The notes: generated from the sequence alone by a model not told the origin. A stretch of 57,667 bases of DNA, filler included, from Platydemus manokwari (GCA_037951405.1; 5 parts of 5 records of this genome joined end to end with filler, not necessarily neighbours in it); one strand, 5' to 3'; positions 10,532-26,137 are shown, counted from the whole stretch's first letter. Program-made: numbers and translations.

Positions 10532-13500
10532 AATTAAATATAAGTTTCAATTACAATTCTCAAGTTGAAAAAATTATAAAATAAGGAAGTTATATAAACA
10601 AGATAATTAAATATAATGAAATATAATTTAATAAATCCTGGTGTCTTATTTATTGACAAAGCGGTTTATTGAAAATATATCATTCTATAATTTCTATAAA
10701 ATGCTATTTTTATGAACTCTAACGAAAAAAAATAATATATTAATTATCTATCTTTGAATATTTTTCGTGTGCTGAATTATGTATCTGAAGATACCGATAG
10801 TATTTCTTGCTAGCAACTGCAGTCATATTTACTGACGGATGGTGGAAGAAATTAAACAGAGTTTGCACTTAACGAATATGATATTTATTTTCCCATATTG
10901 ATGTCGGGTTTTTTTTTGCTAAATTTCTCGTGTCATTTCCAGTTCCATTACCGAAATGAAAAATAAATGAAACATTCCATATTTGCATTCACATAGATAT
11001 TTAAATTTCGAGCAAATAAACAATGCTCGTATTTTTTTGTAAGACTTAATCTATTTGAAGTACAAAACAGACAAATCTAAAACCATAGATTATCTTGAGA
11101 AATCTGATACGATCCTGTGCCTTTTGTTTAAAGAATTATTTTTCATTGTGCATAGCTTATGGTAGCTGAAATGAAATTACTTTTTCAAATTTCTTCGGAT
11201 TTTTGCAATTTTTCAGATCATTTAAACAAATATAATTACGGCTTATGGTAAAGATATATTATGTAAATTATAAACAAATTATTATAAAATGATTTCAAAA
11301 CAGTTGAAGTTAGTTTCGAAATACTAGATCGTCTCTCTAGGACTGGTGGCGAAAACCCCTGATTCTTATAAAATGTCTGTAGAAGCATCCGGTTCATCGC
11401 AGAACCCCATGCTATTTATGTCATTCCAGAAATAGCTTGTGAATATCACTCGTAAATATATGTGTAAAAATAAGGTATTTCTGACTGTAAAACGTGCAGA
11501 AAACTGATGAAGAAGCAATACTTGTTTTGTTCTTTTGCTAACTGGAAATGCACTGAGCATAAGTTGCTCACGGGCAGCATAAGTTCTACTGATTCTTGGT
11601 TGAAAATCGTTAAACTATGATGTTTCATTGCTCGCTTTTAGTTTGTAGATAATTTTAATTAATTTTTATTTAAATTTAAACTCGGTTGATAGCAATAGTT
11701 TTCCAAAATAAAATTTCATGAACCAAAATTGTTTTATAATGTCACAAATCAAGAAAAGACAATTGACGAATCTTGAAAATGAACTATTGACATTGAGAAA
11801 GGTACTAATGAGAACATTGTCTAAAAGACAAGGCAGCATGATGGTTGTAAGCCGCAACAGAGACGAACACCAAATAATGTGTTTAAATCACAATTATATG
11901 AGAAAATTAATATAAGTTTATATCAAATCTGAATTAAACCTATAAAAATTTAATTCCTTTAGGAATTATCACAGAAATAACAAAAGATTTTACACTGTCA
12001 AATGATAAAGAAAATAAGAAATTCGGTAAAATGGCCATGAGTTCGAATCCATGAAATATAAATTATATGAATATCTCTACAATTAACATAGATCCACCAG
12101 AAACTAAGACAAAACCTGTATGTCTCCCAGAAAATCTGAAAGATCAAATAAACCAAACTGGCAACGAACGTAAGTTTTGATAAAGAAGAGATTGAGTTTA
12201 GATTTCAAACCATTTTTCCATGATTAGAGGAATACACATCCAATCCGAAACCCATTAATAGCGAGGACTGTGAAACCGATCTATCAATTGACCATCTGTT
12301 GAATTTCTCAACCAATTCCTTTATTCATCTGAACTCTTTTCATTATCATGCGTACATTGTTATTTTTCATCTCTCATTATTCCACCTTGGAAATAGATTA
12401 TTTTGTTTATTAATAATCTCATTTTTTTAATTAATCAAGTCCACCGATCGATATTTAACCATATTTACAGATCAATAAGAAAATGAACTACAAATCCACG
12501 AATGTTGTTTTCGTTTCTGAAGTTTATTCGTGCTTTGTTACAAGTTTTTTAGAAAAAATACATTCAAGTCAACTAAAGTTTTCACTGAGTGTTTGTTCAG
12601 AAAATTACTTCGGGAATTCGAATTCATAAACACACTTTTTGGTAAAAATATTGGAAAGAATTTTCATTGATTTCGGGATTTTATAGTTCACGATTTTCAA
12701 TACAGGTTTAGTAAAGTACAAATGTACTGCAAATATTTTTAATAAGATCTAAAAAATAAAAACAATAATGTGCTCATTGCTATAAATTTATTAAAACAAA
12801 AATGAGATTCTTCTGTTATCACATGAAATCTTTATCAGATTAGTTTATTGAGGGCATTTAAAGAGAGCGTTACTTGATACTGTTCGACTTTTCAAAGGTG
12901 TTATAAGTGAGTGAATCAAAACTTCCGATAGTTAATAGATACGGACACACACATACACATACACACACATATATATCACTAGTTGGCAGATTCAATTATT
13001 CCATATATTCTATTCTATATTTTATTTCAAGATTGTTTCTCTACTCATAGATCATCAACGAAATACAGTTTGGCAAACTATCGTCCTTAATTTTGTCTAG
13101 TAAGCTTAAGTTTATATTTGTACTTTATTCGGACACTGAACTGTGGTACATGAACGTCAGGAACGTCGATCCAAAAAACTTAATCATAGGTATACCACGA
13201 TAAATTCGTTTAATTAAATAGATAAATATTTTTTCCATGATTCCACGAGGTACAATTTTTTTCTTGTATAGCCAAACACCCATTGAAAACCTGTAAATTG
13301 ATGAATATATTTGCTTTAATTAGGAAAATTTCTAAAAAATTTAAAAAAATTACCTCAATTAGATAACATTGGATATCCAAGAAAAATTTCCATTAAAACC
13401 TTGTGATAATGGTCATTTAATGATTGGATCGATAACTTTATTAGGCCTTCAACAGCAATATATTTACCAAAGATAAAATGCACCTGAAACATGTTCACAT

Positions 13501-16500
13501 CCTGTACCACAGTTATCGCTAGAATTTTTCGTTTATTTAATGTTCGATATAAAATTGAGATTATTAATCGATTCGAGCTTGAATTTGCAATTCCTCACGG
13601 AACAATAAAATCATACGAATACTCAGTAACGGCACTAGTTTATCGATATACACGATGTGCCACTTTATGGGTCAAATGTCTGGAATACATTCGTATAAAG
13701 AGCTGCACGTGAAGGAATGAAATTAATCAATAATCTCGAAAATAAATAATAAAATACACAAATTATAACTATTGGTGAAAATCATTAAGTTAATTCGATT
13801 CCAATAAAAACCATTGAGAAAAACAATCCATAATAAAAATTCTATTATCTCTGGAATATTAGGCTAGACACAATCATGTGGTTTTTGTTATATTTTATCA
13901 TCACAGAAAATCAATGGGAAAAAATGGTTTAATTCTGGGAATGATATCGAAAAACTGAAAGTAAAAATCGTATGGATGCAGGGCTTAATTGAATGCATGG
14001 AATTGTTGTTTGAGTTAAGCAATCAACCATTTATGTCACTGTGGTGCATCCAATTCGATGATTATTTGAAATGAAAATTGTAAACAGATTTTTTCCAATA
14101 ATTAATTACCACAAATTGTCTGGCTTGAAATTAATAAAATACAAAATTCATCATTTAATTATACTGTGCACAGAAAAATACATACACAGGACCACAAAAA
14201 GAAAAAGTTTATTTTTTCTCAAGACATTTACCGAAAAAAAACTGACGGTTTTTTGTACGAACAGAAACTTTGATTGCTGTGTTTATTTTGTAATTGATTG
14301 AACGGGGAGAAATTGTGTTCCCATAATTGGATTGAACACAATTCCAAAATTAAAGTGCATTGTTGAAAAAGAGCAGATGCCTTTTTTTAAAAAATTCATA
14401 TGATTCCCGGGTTCTGTTTCGATGTGAGGCTAAACCAACCAATGTATATTTCTGTCGCTTCTTTTTCTTGTTTTGTTATCATTGGTAATTGGATGGCATG
14501 GATTTGGAACAGATCGATCAATGAATAAATGATAGACAAATCAAAAAAGAAAAACATGAAATATCGAAAAAAAAAACTGGGTTCTGTTGACATTTTTGAG
14601 GTCATCGAGAATGAAAAGTACACTTGAAAAAATTCTCTTACCATTGAACTTATTCTGGTTTCAAATTTTATCTCATATCGGATTATTTCCATTTTACCCG
14701 AATTATAATAGAAGGAATTATAATTATAAATTGGTTTTTAGCATTTTATAATTGATGATTTTTTCTGTGTTTCGTTCGGTTCCGAAATTGGGATATTTTT
14801 TAAAAATAAAATTTCCACAAAATTCCAAACCGATATTATCCGTTGTGATTTGATGAATTAGATGGGGTTTTTGATTTTACTTTTTACCGATGATAATATT
14901 GAAGAACAAACAAAAAACTGACAAAACCAGCTTGACATTTCCATGTCTTGGACTTTAAATCATTTTGTTTGTGGGGGATTTTTTCCGTGGGAATACATAA
15001 TATAATTATTTGGATGACAAAAAAACCGGGTTCAGTTCCAAGATATCAGATGTTAATTGAAGAGAATCAATAACATTTGTTTTAATTAATGGGTTGTTTC
15101 AGATTAATTATGATTCTCGGTATGATTCTGTTTCTGATAAATCGACATAGCTTTATGGACAGTAGTGGATATCGATTGGGAAAATATATTTTTTTTTTAT
15201 TAATGAAAAAATAGGAAAAAAATAAAAAATTAATTTTAATATTGTGAGATATTTCAAATGAAATAAACTTTAGATGAAATGAATTTTTAATTCAAATTTA
15301 ATTCTATTTTTATAAAAAATTAAATTTATTAGTTAAAAGATTTATAATGTCTTGACTTTTCAGTTCGTTTTTAATGTGTGGTTTTCAAAATATCAGCAGC
15401 TAACAAATATAATTTACAGGACGAATTTTTAAATCGAGAAGGCGTATTTGAGTCGTCGAAAAATAATTCATTAATCGATAAATAGTTAAAAATCGTTTGT
15501 AAAAAATTGTTTTAGCTGATGAAATTTTCAAAAAATCATATTTAACGAGTTACCAATACATATAGAATTAATACCGATCTACTAAACAACATATTCATCC
15601 TTCAAAATCCGAATGCATCTCTCAATCGCAACGTGAATCGACTCAACAAACCGAAATTTACAATTGAAATAACCGTTATTTTATTCTCGTAGCAATTTTC
15701 CATGCACTTTGCAATGCGGAAAACATTATCGTCCTCGGTAAAATTTAGAGAATTGGAAATATTTCTAAAGATATCACCAAAAGTATTGGCAAATATTGAT
15801 CGAAAATAAAGGAACAGCTGGCTTAAATGATATTCATTGAAATGCAGATAAGATTATGAAAATATTTTAGAAAATTAAATTTAAGATCTTTTATCTATGA
15901 TTCTATTATTATTTATAAGTAATATTTCTTAAATATAATGTGAACTAGGGTCGGGGAAAGTGCAGTGGTCAACAGAGTAGTGAATTTTATAAAACTGAAA
16001 CTCAGTTGGTATTATCACCAAAATGACCTTGTTATTCAATAAATATATTTGATAGAAGTTTGTAAAGATTGATCCAATCAAAAATCCAGGTCTCATAATT
16101 TATTGATTAGCATTTTTAAGCCAACAAGGTTAAATTTGGTTGAATAAATTGATGGTGAGAAGATATTGTTGTAATTAAAAGATATTTATTATGTACCTTT
16201 GAATAGAATATCTTAAGATAAATTGACTGGGTAAGTATGATTGGTGACAAAAACCATTATAGGTTGCAGGAAAATCTGAAATGTCTTGATGGGTTTATAA
16301 ACGGTTTTGGTGATCATATAAAATCATAATGATCATCATATCGTCCTTTCTTTAAAATCTTTGATTTTCTTTGTATTCTTATTTAGCGTTGCATCGAATA
16401 CTCTAAATATTTAACTAAATGAAAAAACTCTAATTCTTCTATCTTTTTTACATCTTCTCTATATCTTCGTTATATTTCCGTTATATTTTCTTTATATTTT

Positions 16501-19500
16501 TCATTTATATTTTGTCTTTATATTTTTTCCTTATATTTTCTTTATATCTTCTTTATATTTTCTTTATTTTTTTAAATTTTTTTTCTATATATTTTCTTCA
16601 GATCTTCTTTATAACTTCTCAAAATCTATTGTATAAAAATTTTTTGTATAGCCTCGTCATATTTCATCTTCTTTTCCAGAGTTTTCAGTTATTGATCTCC
16701 TGTAAAATCGAATCCGAATGCATGGTCGCAATGTACGCTGGTACTTTTTATATAAAACACACTTCAAAGACAAACTGAAAAAACATGACACTGAAAAATG
16801 TATTTAAGACAATTATTTAAACAAAATAATTTAATTTTATATAAACTCAAATCTTATGCAAAAATTAAACCCTTAGAACTTTTAATTCATTTTCAAATTC
16901 TCACAAATGCAATACATTTAAAGGACTCAAGATTCCAGTGACAATATGGCGATAAAGTTCACCAAAGTAGAAGAAAAGAATGAAAGTCAAAGCAATGCTT
17001 AAAAATTTAATTTTTCGGAAGCCTGAAATTCCTGAAAAGTGATACAATAATATCAATAATTAATTTTACTGATTTTTCATCTGACACAATGGTACTGAAA
17101 TCGAAACAGAAATCCTACTAGTGGAAAAAAACAAGGCTCTTTTTATTTTTCATAACAATATTTTAAAAAGAACATTTTTTTCAATAATTAGCCTGTCACT
17201 TTGTATTTGTATTTATTCACATCACTATGGCGACTACAATACTAAAACGACTTAATGGATTTGAGTAAAAAAATATTTATGTAAATCAATTTCAATGTTG
17301 GTGGCTATTGTTTAGATTTTGGTAGATTCGGCATCTTCTAAAGTATTGATTTTTTCTAGTGTCTTTAAGTAGCCAGAATAATCAATATTCGATTTCGGTT
17401 CAATTAGAAGATTAATTTTTCATAGATTCATTGGAAGTGGTGAAATCGATAATGAATATTTATCAATGGCTGCGATGGAGATGTTCTTAGAGCATTTATA
17501 CTGGAATAAATTTATTCGATATAAGCTTGTTATTGCATATCATTTATGAAGAACAGTTTCCTTAAAATAGAGAGTATTTTCGTAAGTCATACGATTGAAA
17601 TTTGCTTCAGATTGATCTCTTTAAAAAAAGTCTTCTTTTTGATTTTGAAATAAATTCTAGGTGGGATTCTTTAATCACATTATCGATTTAGCAATTTCCA
17701 AATCGATCAAGCGCTTATTTATTTTTAAAGTGGCTTTCGATACAAAAAATAATTTTAAATCTTAATTTCATATCTTACATCAATGGCTCAAAACCACAAA
17801 CCATGGCCATCAATATATTTATTGACCCAGAATATTCACTGTGGCTAGTCTATTAATGATTATCACTTGGAGTAATCCACCGAGTTCGTTGGCTGGCAAA
17901 AGTTTATAAAACACGAGTTATAAAAGATTGTTAAGAAACTCAACACACGAAAGTATATTTATCCAGAAATATTCAAACATATCATTTAAAAGTATTCGCA
18001 ATCATTTTATTATTTAAACAATGAAAACATATTATTAAAACTTTAAATTCTTTACAAAACGAGTTATTTATCAGAATTATTTGAATTATAAACGAGAATT
18101 CTCGTTTCATCGACATCTGGCATATCGCCTTAAAGGAGATAAAAAGAAAACATAAATAAGGAAAACATAAAAACTAATACTATGGAATATAACACGTGGT
18201 AAAGTGACAGTTAAATCTAACACCCTTTAACCATTCTCAATTATCATGAGGCCATAATATGTTTTATGAGATTTTTTGAAAATGACCATTAATAGTTGAA
18301 TTGTCAGACTTATCTAACATTCCCCCTACAAGTGAAAAACGAACAGATTTATCTTTATATTATAATTTTTAAATTTAATATTAAAAAAAAATCAAAAAAC
18401 ATTGAAATGACTCGATCATTTCTAATCACATGGCTAATTAAAAGTATTTTTCAGGGAGAATAATTATATTCGTCATCCCCATTGAAGTCTATTATTATTA
18501 TTATCAAGAATATATTTAAATGTGTTTATGAAATCTTTAAATTCCATATTTTGTACAAAAAATGGATTCAAAAATGGAGATTAATCAGAAAATACCTGCT
18601 GAACAGTAGCCAGAACAACGAAATGGCGTTTTTGAATATTTTCTTTAAAAATATCGATTATTTTTACAAGTGATCGAATTACCCACTCATTAACAGTTGA
18701 TAAAAACTATCAGAAGCCAACAAAGTTAAATTTATATATATTTATAACCATATCAAACGTTTTAAAAAAACAAAATGAAGGCATTTTTTCAAATATGGAA
18801 AAGTTTTGCTGAAGTAGGATTAATATTATTTTTGCTGTTGTTCAATCAGCAAGTTCACTGAGATCGCCACATATTGGGATAGCGATAAATCGATTTGTGA
18901 GTCTACCATGGATTTAATAAAGAAATACAAATGGAAAAGCATTACTTGTTAATCGATACCCTTGTGAGAGTATTGTTTAAAATGGAAATGTTGAATTTGA
19001 GCCAAAAATCATTAAATTCTAAGTTGTATAATGAAAAAGTTTCAAATTTAATATCCATTTTCACTTCAATTTATTTAAATACTGATTTTGAAGTGAGCAC
19101 TGGGGTTACAAAAATGATTTAAAATGGCCATTAGTTTATTATTGCAAATATTATCTACTTTCAATTATAAATAGAATTAAAATTTAATTTAATTTATAAT
19201 AATGATAGAAAATTTATCGTGAAACTTGATTCATTGTTTTAATGATACTTTAATATCAACACTATCAAACAGAACAATTTTAAAAACTCGTTTATTATTT
19301 TAACACGAATTTTTTGCAAAAAACTTATCCTTTTCTTGAACTAAACCATCGATTTCTAATTTAAAATGAATCAAGATAAAATCTCAAAATATGATCGAAA
19401 ATTGATACAAAATTGATCGGGTTCATCAAATCCAAAAAAGATTATTACGTGCTAGTTGATCAAAATATAAATGTAAAATCCTAAAAATATCTTTCATCGA

Positions 19501-19772
19501 TTTTTTCATTTATTTTGTGATGATTGAGTCAATCGATTGGGGCATTTTATATTTCAACCTGTCGTTACAAGGAGTCATTGGGTTTCAGTGGTAATGTGTG
19601 GCGGCTTTTAATTGGTCAGATAACCGAATTAATCAAAAATTTCAATTGACCTTGAACATTATATTATTATTTATTATATATAATATTATAAATAATATTG
19701 TAAAATTATATTCTTATAAACAATTGCTGTAAATATATATTTGGAATAACCTTAAATATACACATATGGAAG

Positions 19773-20260
19773 TCTTGAGGCAAAATTCTGAATAACCAAA
19801 TACTTGCTGACTCCCAGAGTTCATTAGCTTTATTTCGAGCTGACGTACTAAACAGTACTATTCACAAATAATACAAAAATACAATCAAACTTGGTCTGCA
19901 ACTGGTACTTGCACAGCTCAATACAATGTCTCAAAAAATGTAAACAAAAACCGGCTTACAACTGGCAGTTGACCATCTTTATATCGGTGTGAATACTCGA
20001 GATGTGGGTGTAATTTTTGTCTCATGTTTCTATTGGGCCTATTGGATTTTTCATGTGCGGGATTGGTCAATCTCTATGTGTGTATGTTGTTTTGTATCTA
20101 TGTCCCTTTTTCCAATTGTCATTTTCCATCTAACTCAACTGGGATTAGTTGATTACCATGTCGGTATGGTTGTGTAGGCATGCAAATGCTTAAAGTGCTA
20201 AAACAAGGGTTCCAAGGTGCAAATCCGTTTTTCTTTTGCAAGATCTCGCTTCCCTCAACA
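19773..20260 (-). mobile_element. Diverged solo-LTR-like copy, same family as 25413-25858
   Basis: Inverted homology over ~300 bp (e.g. aaaacaagggttccaaggtg vs caccttggaacccttgtttt; ttacaactggcagttg vs caactgccagttgtaa). Terminus TGTTGAG on the minus strand at 20260; the other end is approximate. Confidence 0.65.
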
Positions 20261-21986
20261 AATTCAAATTAAAAGTGAGTTGTTATAATAAAATCTTTAT
20301 AAATGCATTTCACTGACACCATTGTCTTCGTCTCTGTCAAATGCCGTATTTTACAAACCTTAAATTATTTTATTATATTATGGAATAATATGCGAAATTC
20401 CAAGGATGATGTCAAATGGTGTGTTTTTCTTATGACACAATTCAATTACTATTGATATTCGATAGATTGTTCTGGAAAAGCGAGTCACAAAAAATTCGCA
20501 GGATTTGCAATTCAAAGGGTTGAAATCTAAATGAACGACAAATCATATTATGTATAACTGTTGATGGAGTTATTGATAGCGATGTTTCATAATCATATCT
20601 ACTCATTACTATCAGATTGGATCTCGAATCAATCTTTATGCAATTTACTTTTTTCTATATTTAAGCCCACAATCATTATAACTTATCACTTGGTCGTGTC
20701 TACCTAATTGGTTCTTTATCAGTATACAGCTCGACAATATATTCGATCTTTTGTCGGCAATCGATTTGCTTATTTTAACCTGAACTCGATTCAGTATTAC
20801 TGTAATTGTTGTTCCTTCAAACTTATATATCTGTCTATCCAAAGGACATCTCATGTTTGATTTCAAGTTCCTGCACAAACCACTCTCTAACAAAGATGAT
20901 TATCACAGCCCCCAATCCATGTGCTCATCATTAAGAGACTACATTAATAATATTCACGATTATTGAAATTTTGAGTCGACTTTTATTTCTAGCATATTTT
21001 GATATTAGTGACAAATTTCTTCGAGAAAAATTCTGCTATCGGCCATAAGTATATCAGGCGAAAAAGAAATTCTTATAGTGTTGTAAGAGTATTTATTACC
21101 TTTGATATTCCATATTCAAAACCGAAAAATCAGCGTATTTTGTGATGTTTTCGATTCAGGATATTTCGGATTGATATTGCTTTGATTGTACTCAAACAAT
21201 TCAAACATTTCTGATGCTTATCTAAGACCGAATGTCGCAGATTCACTTCGTATTGATGAGGAATTTTTCCAGCAGTTAATGGATTATTCACCTTATTTAC
21301 TGCAGCTATATATTTTTTGTCATTCGTATTTTCAGTGCTCTGATCAAACCCTTTTGTGTTTTGTTTTTTGTTCTTTTTTTGTTTTAAATATCTACAAAAT
21401 CGTTTCATTTAAACAACTTCCTAATATTGATCAGTGATCAGATGAATCGTTGTCATGAATATGATAGCTTTAAGTAGTTTTGTCTTGTCACGGAGCCAAC
21501 ATCAGAACCAGAATGATTTTTGTCGATTAATTGGTGATTTGTTTGAATTGATAACAAGTTTAGTGCTAATATTCTAATAAGAGTTTTTATTAAATCGATA
21601 TTATATTATTTTTTAATGAATTATTTAAAAATAAATTCTAAATTAATTTATTGGAATTAATTTCAATTAATAATTTAATTTTAAAAAATCAATAAATCAA
21701 TAAAATTAGCAAATCAATAAAAATAAATTTAAAAACTATTTTAAATCATTATATTGATTATTATTTTAGATAATTTTATTGATTCTCCTTTGTTAAACAT
21801 TTATCATTAATAAATTCATAATTCATTGATTCCATTTATTAAAATTATTTAATAAATATTGATTATTTATTTTTCATTTAATTAGACTAAGATTTAACTT
21901 TTAATACATAAATATAACTTATAATTAAAATATTATTAATATTATTTTCTTTTCTTAATTTTTATTAAAGAATTAAATATTTCATA

Positions 21987-22086
21987 NNNNNNNNNNNNNN
22001 NNNNNNNNNNNNNNNNNNNNNNNNNNNNNNTTAATTAATTAANNNNNNNNNNNNNNNNNNNNNNNNNNNNNNNNNNNNNNNNNNNN
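21987..22086. other. Artificial scaffold gap linker
   Basis: 44N-TTAATTAATTAA-44N. Confidence 0.97.

Positions 22087-22156
<70 letters not shown>
22087..22156. repeat. (AAT)n microsatellite at contig edge
   Basis: About 23 perfect AAT units. Confidence 0.95.
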
Positions 22157-24140
22157 GAATTAATATATCATATTATCAAGTTTTGGTCCTAATAAACAAT
22201 AATAAATGGAGGGAATTATGACCATTCTATTAATTTATGAAAATGAAAAATCCAATAGATAATCTGTTCACATTAACTTTGTCCCATATATTTAAAAGCA
22301 TTTTAGCTTGGATTTGTGTGCAGTAATTGTTGAGAGTCAAATTTTGTATCCGTTACAATTAATTTATCAGTTATCATCAAAACCATTATTAATCCTCAAT
22401 AGTAATCCACACTGATAGCTAATGGCATATCAATACATTGCTAATAAGTGCAATATTCAGATCAAATATCGTCAGCATCGTTATCAGTTATTTATGTTAA
22501 CTTTAAATCTTCTGAAAGGACTGAAATCGTTGTTTTTTCTAAGGCCAACACGGGTGAGGCGGTATGGGAAAGAATAAAATCTGATTTCCATCAATTATCA
22601 CTTGAAAATTCATTAAACAGCCCCCCATATTCGACTCCCTTAAAGTCAGGGATTCGAGAAAAGAAAAGTTTATATAAACAACAAAAATATTTTTTCCAAT
22701 TATCAAGAATTAAAACCCGATTGTATTTCTTTTCTCTTTTTAAAAACAATTACCGTGCTTGTAAAGAAGAATTAATTATGAGATGTTTAAAATTCGTCTC
22801 TATTTAGAATTAATTGTTTTAGCTAACTATTTGGGATTTGGGTGCTTTATTGTGTCATTGCCTATTTAGTTTGTCTTCATTATATACACAGTTTGTATCT
22901 ATTTATAATTTTTCCGAGTTTTTTTCTAAGAATTTTGCGGTATTGTAATATTACATAATTAGAGGAAGAAGTTAATTTTCTACAAACTACGTCACTATGA
23001 AATTGTTTGGAGATAAATTAAGAACCTTTACCAAAACCGCTTTTAGTAATATTTAGCGTTTTTAAATAATCATTTAGGTAGGATATGTATATTAGCTAAG
23101 CCAATGGAAACTAAGACAATAAATATGATTAAAAATAATGATTTCAATCGATTTCAGAACTGTGATAAACCTGTAGAAAAAAACTAAGAAACTAACTAGA
23201 CCTCATCAAGTAATTCAATATTTGCCTGACTCATATTAACATAAAGTTGCTGATATATTACGAAATGCATTGCTTGAGCTTTTCACCAACTTTCAGTTTT
23301 GGACTCTAGAATATTTCGTAGGTAACGTCAACCATATTATTTAACATTAGATCAACGTTACAATAGATACTTTGTTTTATGATTTATTCTATCAAATTTG
23401 TCGTTTATATTTTATTAGACAAAATCAGATTTAGAAATAGCTTGTTATGATGGAAATCAGGGATCTTGAAATTTTATTAAGAAAACCGAAACTAGATATT
23501 TTAAGGAATAATAAATGATTAATNNNNNNNNNNCCATGATTTTATTTAAAGTTAAAAAGTAAAATAACAGTTGGATCGATATTTTTACCGTATTAAATGA
23601 TTTTGCACCCACTATTTCAAGATCAATTCAGAATCATGAAGAATATTTTTATTATCATCAATATTGAAATCAACTCTTCATTACATTCTAATTTCAATCA
23701 TAGATAGAAGTTTAAAATACGTTGGAAAATAATATTAAAACAAATCTTGCTTTTAAGTATTTTTTTAAATCCCCATTAATATAATAATTAAACAATTAAA
23801 AGAAAGACCAAGAAAACAATATTATTAGATTATAAAATAAAAATGAACATCATTTCTGATTTAAGAAAATTTCTGAATTTTCTGAATTTAAATACAAAGT
23901 CTGATGATGATCTTTTTGAAAACGGTAAATTTACCATTGCGATAATAATGTCGTTTAATTTCGCCATTGAATACAATATGGTTTGGATATTTGTGAGTGA
24001 AAGATACCCGTAATTTCTGGTGCTTACATATAATGGGTTTGTAAACTGCTACTATTTTATAAATAACGCCTTGAAAACACCACGCTATGTATTTAAATTC
24101 AATTATATAAACCAACTAATATAATTTTATATAAAATTTG

Positions 24141-24800
24141 GGCTTAAGTTAAGAAAAAGGGTCCTTTGACCTACTTTCGTTTAAATGGATTTTCGCGCTT
24201 CAGATAATTTTATAACTTAATTTATATTATTCGTATAATTCAGTTAATATCTCAGTTTTAAGATCTCTAATAATGACAAAACATAGTTTCAAAACCAAGT
24301 TCCCATTCTAATCATTACACTTCTATATGATTATTTGAGTTTTTAAATTTAAATTTTTATAATTATAAATCGAGTTAGTTAATTACAGACTTGTTTAATA
24401 ATATCATTGCTTATTTTTATAAAATAATTGTAAAAATGAGAATATCTCTCAATATGGTTCCAATTTTAAAAATGGGTCCTCGCTAATTTTCAAAAAATTG
24501 CAATTCGACCTACTTTGATCCGTTTATCAAATAATCAAATTTTAGGAGATTTTTAAGCTATAGTGTATGTGAGATATTTGATATTAAATGAATTTCAATT
24601 TGATTCGAAACAATTTCAATTTACATTTATTCAAATTTTAATCAGATTTAATTTAATTTTATAAAAAATTAAATTAAGGTAAAATTGAAAATATTTGTTT
24701 AAATATTTGGATTTAGAATAGAATTGATTGTGTCTTGACTTTTTTTGGTTTGATTTTAGTTTGTCGTTTTAAAAATAGTAGTAGCCGCTAACAAGCCATA
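24141..24800 (+). mobile_element. End region of a dispersed, decayed DNA-transposon-like element
   Basis: Begins GGCTTAAGTTAAGAAAAAGGGTCCTTTGACC (also at 28646; inverted at 10501-10531 and ~51282-51310). Internal blocks recur at ~15245-15416, ~51158-51200 (inverted) and ~55721-55786. Confidence 0.55.
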
Positions 24801-25412
24801 AATTGTAAAGAAGCATTGCAAGCTGAGAGATAAAACAAATCACCATAAATAAATAGCCATAGAAATTGTAAAATAATTTCATTTATTGACCAATGATATT
24901 CATTTGTAGAAAAAAAATGGTTTATTTGATATTTAATCAATATGTCTGACAATAAATGAGTACGCGTAACATTAATCACGAATCAAATCATTTATTTAAT
25001 AATTTGTCCCCTGATTACTCATAAAAAGGAAATTTAATTAATTTGAAGTTGAATGACAACAAGCAAAAATATAATTTCGAAAGGTTTGCCTTTGCTAATA
25101 TTTATTATCGAAATAGATAAACAAACATAGTTTAGGTTTATAATAGCAAATGTTTATTTTGAGAATCAACATTAAATATAAGGTAGATTTTAAATTGAAT
25201 TCAACATTCTTCTATAATAAAAACATGACAATAAATGACTACAAAACTAATCTTTCTGCTTAATCAGCCAACTATCTTGACATGTAAAATTATAATTATC
25301 AAAATTTTCAGATTTTCAATAAGAGTCTTGCTTATACTGAATAGTTCTCTAAATTTTCAAATAGTGAAATTTTTATCATAAGAAAACGAAGGTTATCGAT
25401 TATTGTAATAAT

Positions 25413-25858
25413 TGTTGAGTGAAATGAAATTCTGCAAAAAGAAAAACCAAATTACACCTTGGAACCCTTGTTTTGACACTTTGAACATTTACATGCCTGT
25501 ATCGTCGTACAGGCATGTCAATCGGCCAATCACAGTGAAGCTAGATGGTAAATTACAATCGGGAAAAAGGTAAAACTGCGCAAAACACACATCCAGGTAT
25601 TGACCAATCCCATTAATGTAAAAACCTAAATACCCAATAAGAACACAGAAAGACAAAAACTAAATCAGATTGTAGTATATCATGACACAGAGAGATACAC
25701 ACAGATCGCGAGTATAAAAGCAATGTAAAGATAGACAACTGCCAGTTGTAAACCAGATTTGGTGAAATCATTGTGCTTGTATTGATTATTGAGGTTTTAT
25801 ATTGACTAATATACATTATCCGCAGTCCGAAGTTTGTTATTCATGAATACCCCCAACA
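25413..25858 (+). mobile_element. Solo LTR (446 bp)
   Basis: Starts TGTTG, ends CAACA, flanked by the 4-bp direct repeat TAAT (25409-25412 / 25859-25862). TATA-like gtataaaag near 25712. A second family member lies at 19773-20260. Confidence 0.75.
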
Positions 25859-26137
25859 TAATTGGAAAAACGGTTAAGCACACATTATTTATTGATTTTT
25901 TGGCAATTCTTATTTTCGAAAATGGCCAACGAACAATGTTTGGAAGGCTAGATCGAATTAAGTAATTTATTTTTAATAATTAAAAAATTAAAATTAATCA
26001 CTATGATGGAATAGTTTGTACATTGTTGGTATTGGTTTATGTTGTTGGAATCGGATTTGAAAAGGTGGTGAGATATTAATTGTTTTATTTTAATTGTCAA
26101 TTGATCGAGTTGTGTGCTACCCTCAACAAAAGCATTG

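Noticed and set aside
12030-12056. GTTCGAATCC T-loop/B-box suggesting a tRNA
   Set aside because: No cloverleaf or acceptor stem can be built; at most a SINE-like remnant.
16430-16778. 88-aa hydrophobic ORF at 16512-16778
   Set aside because: Translation of T-rich low-complexity sequence.
17770-17910. Possible Merlin/ISXO2 transposase remnant (FIDPE...HLE..EF..W)
   Set aside because: Only a few residues across frameshifts; not supportable without a profile search.
20400-21450. Possible Tc1/mariner remnant on the minus strand (DKKYIAAVNKVNNPLTAGKI; DFNPL)
   Set aside because: Similarity too weak; catalytic motifs and TIRs not found.
7788-23916. Other CTGATGA occurrences (e.g. 7788, 11504, 15517, 23901)
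   Set aside because: None is followed by a stem II plus GAAA geometry.
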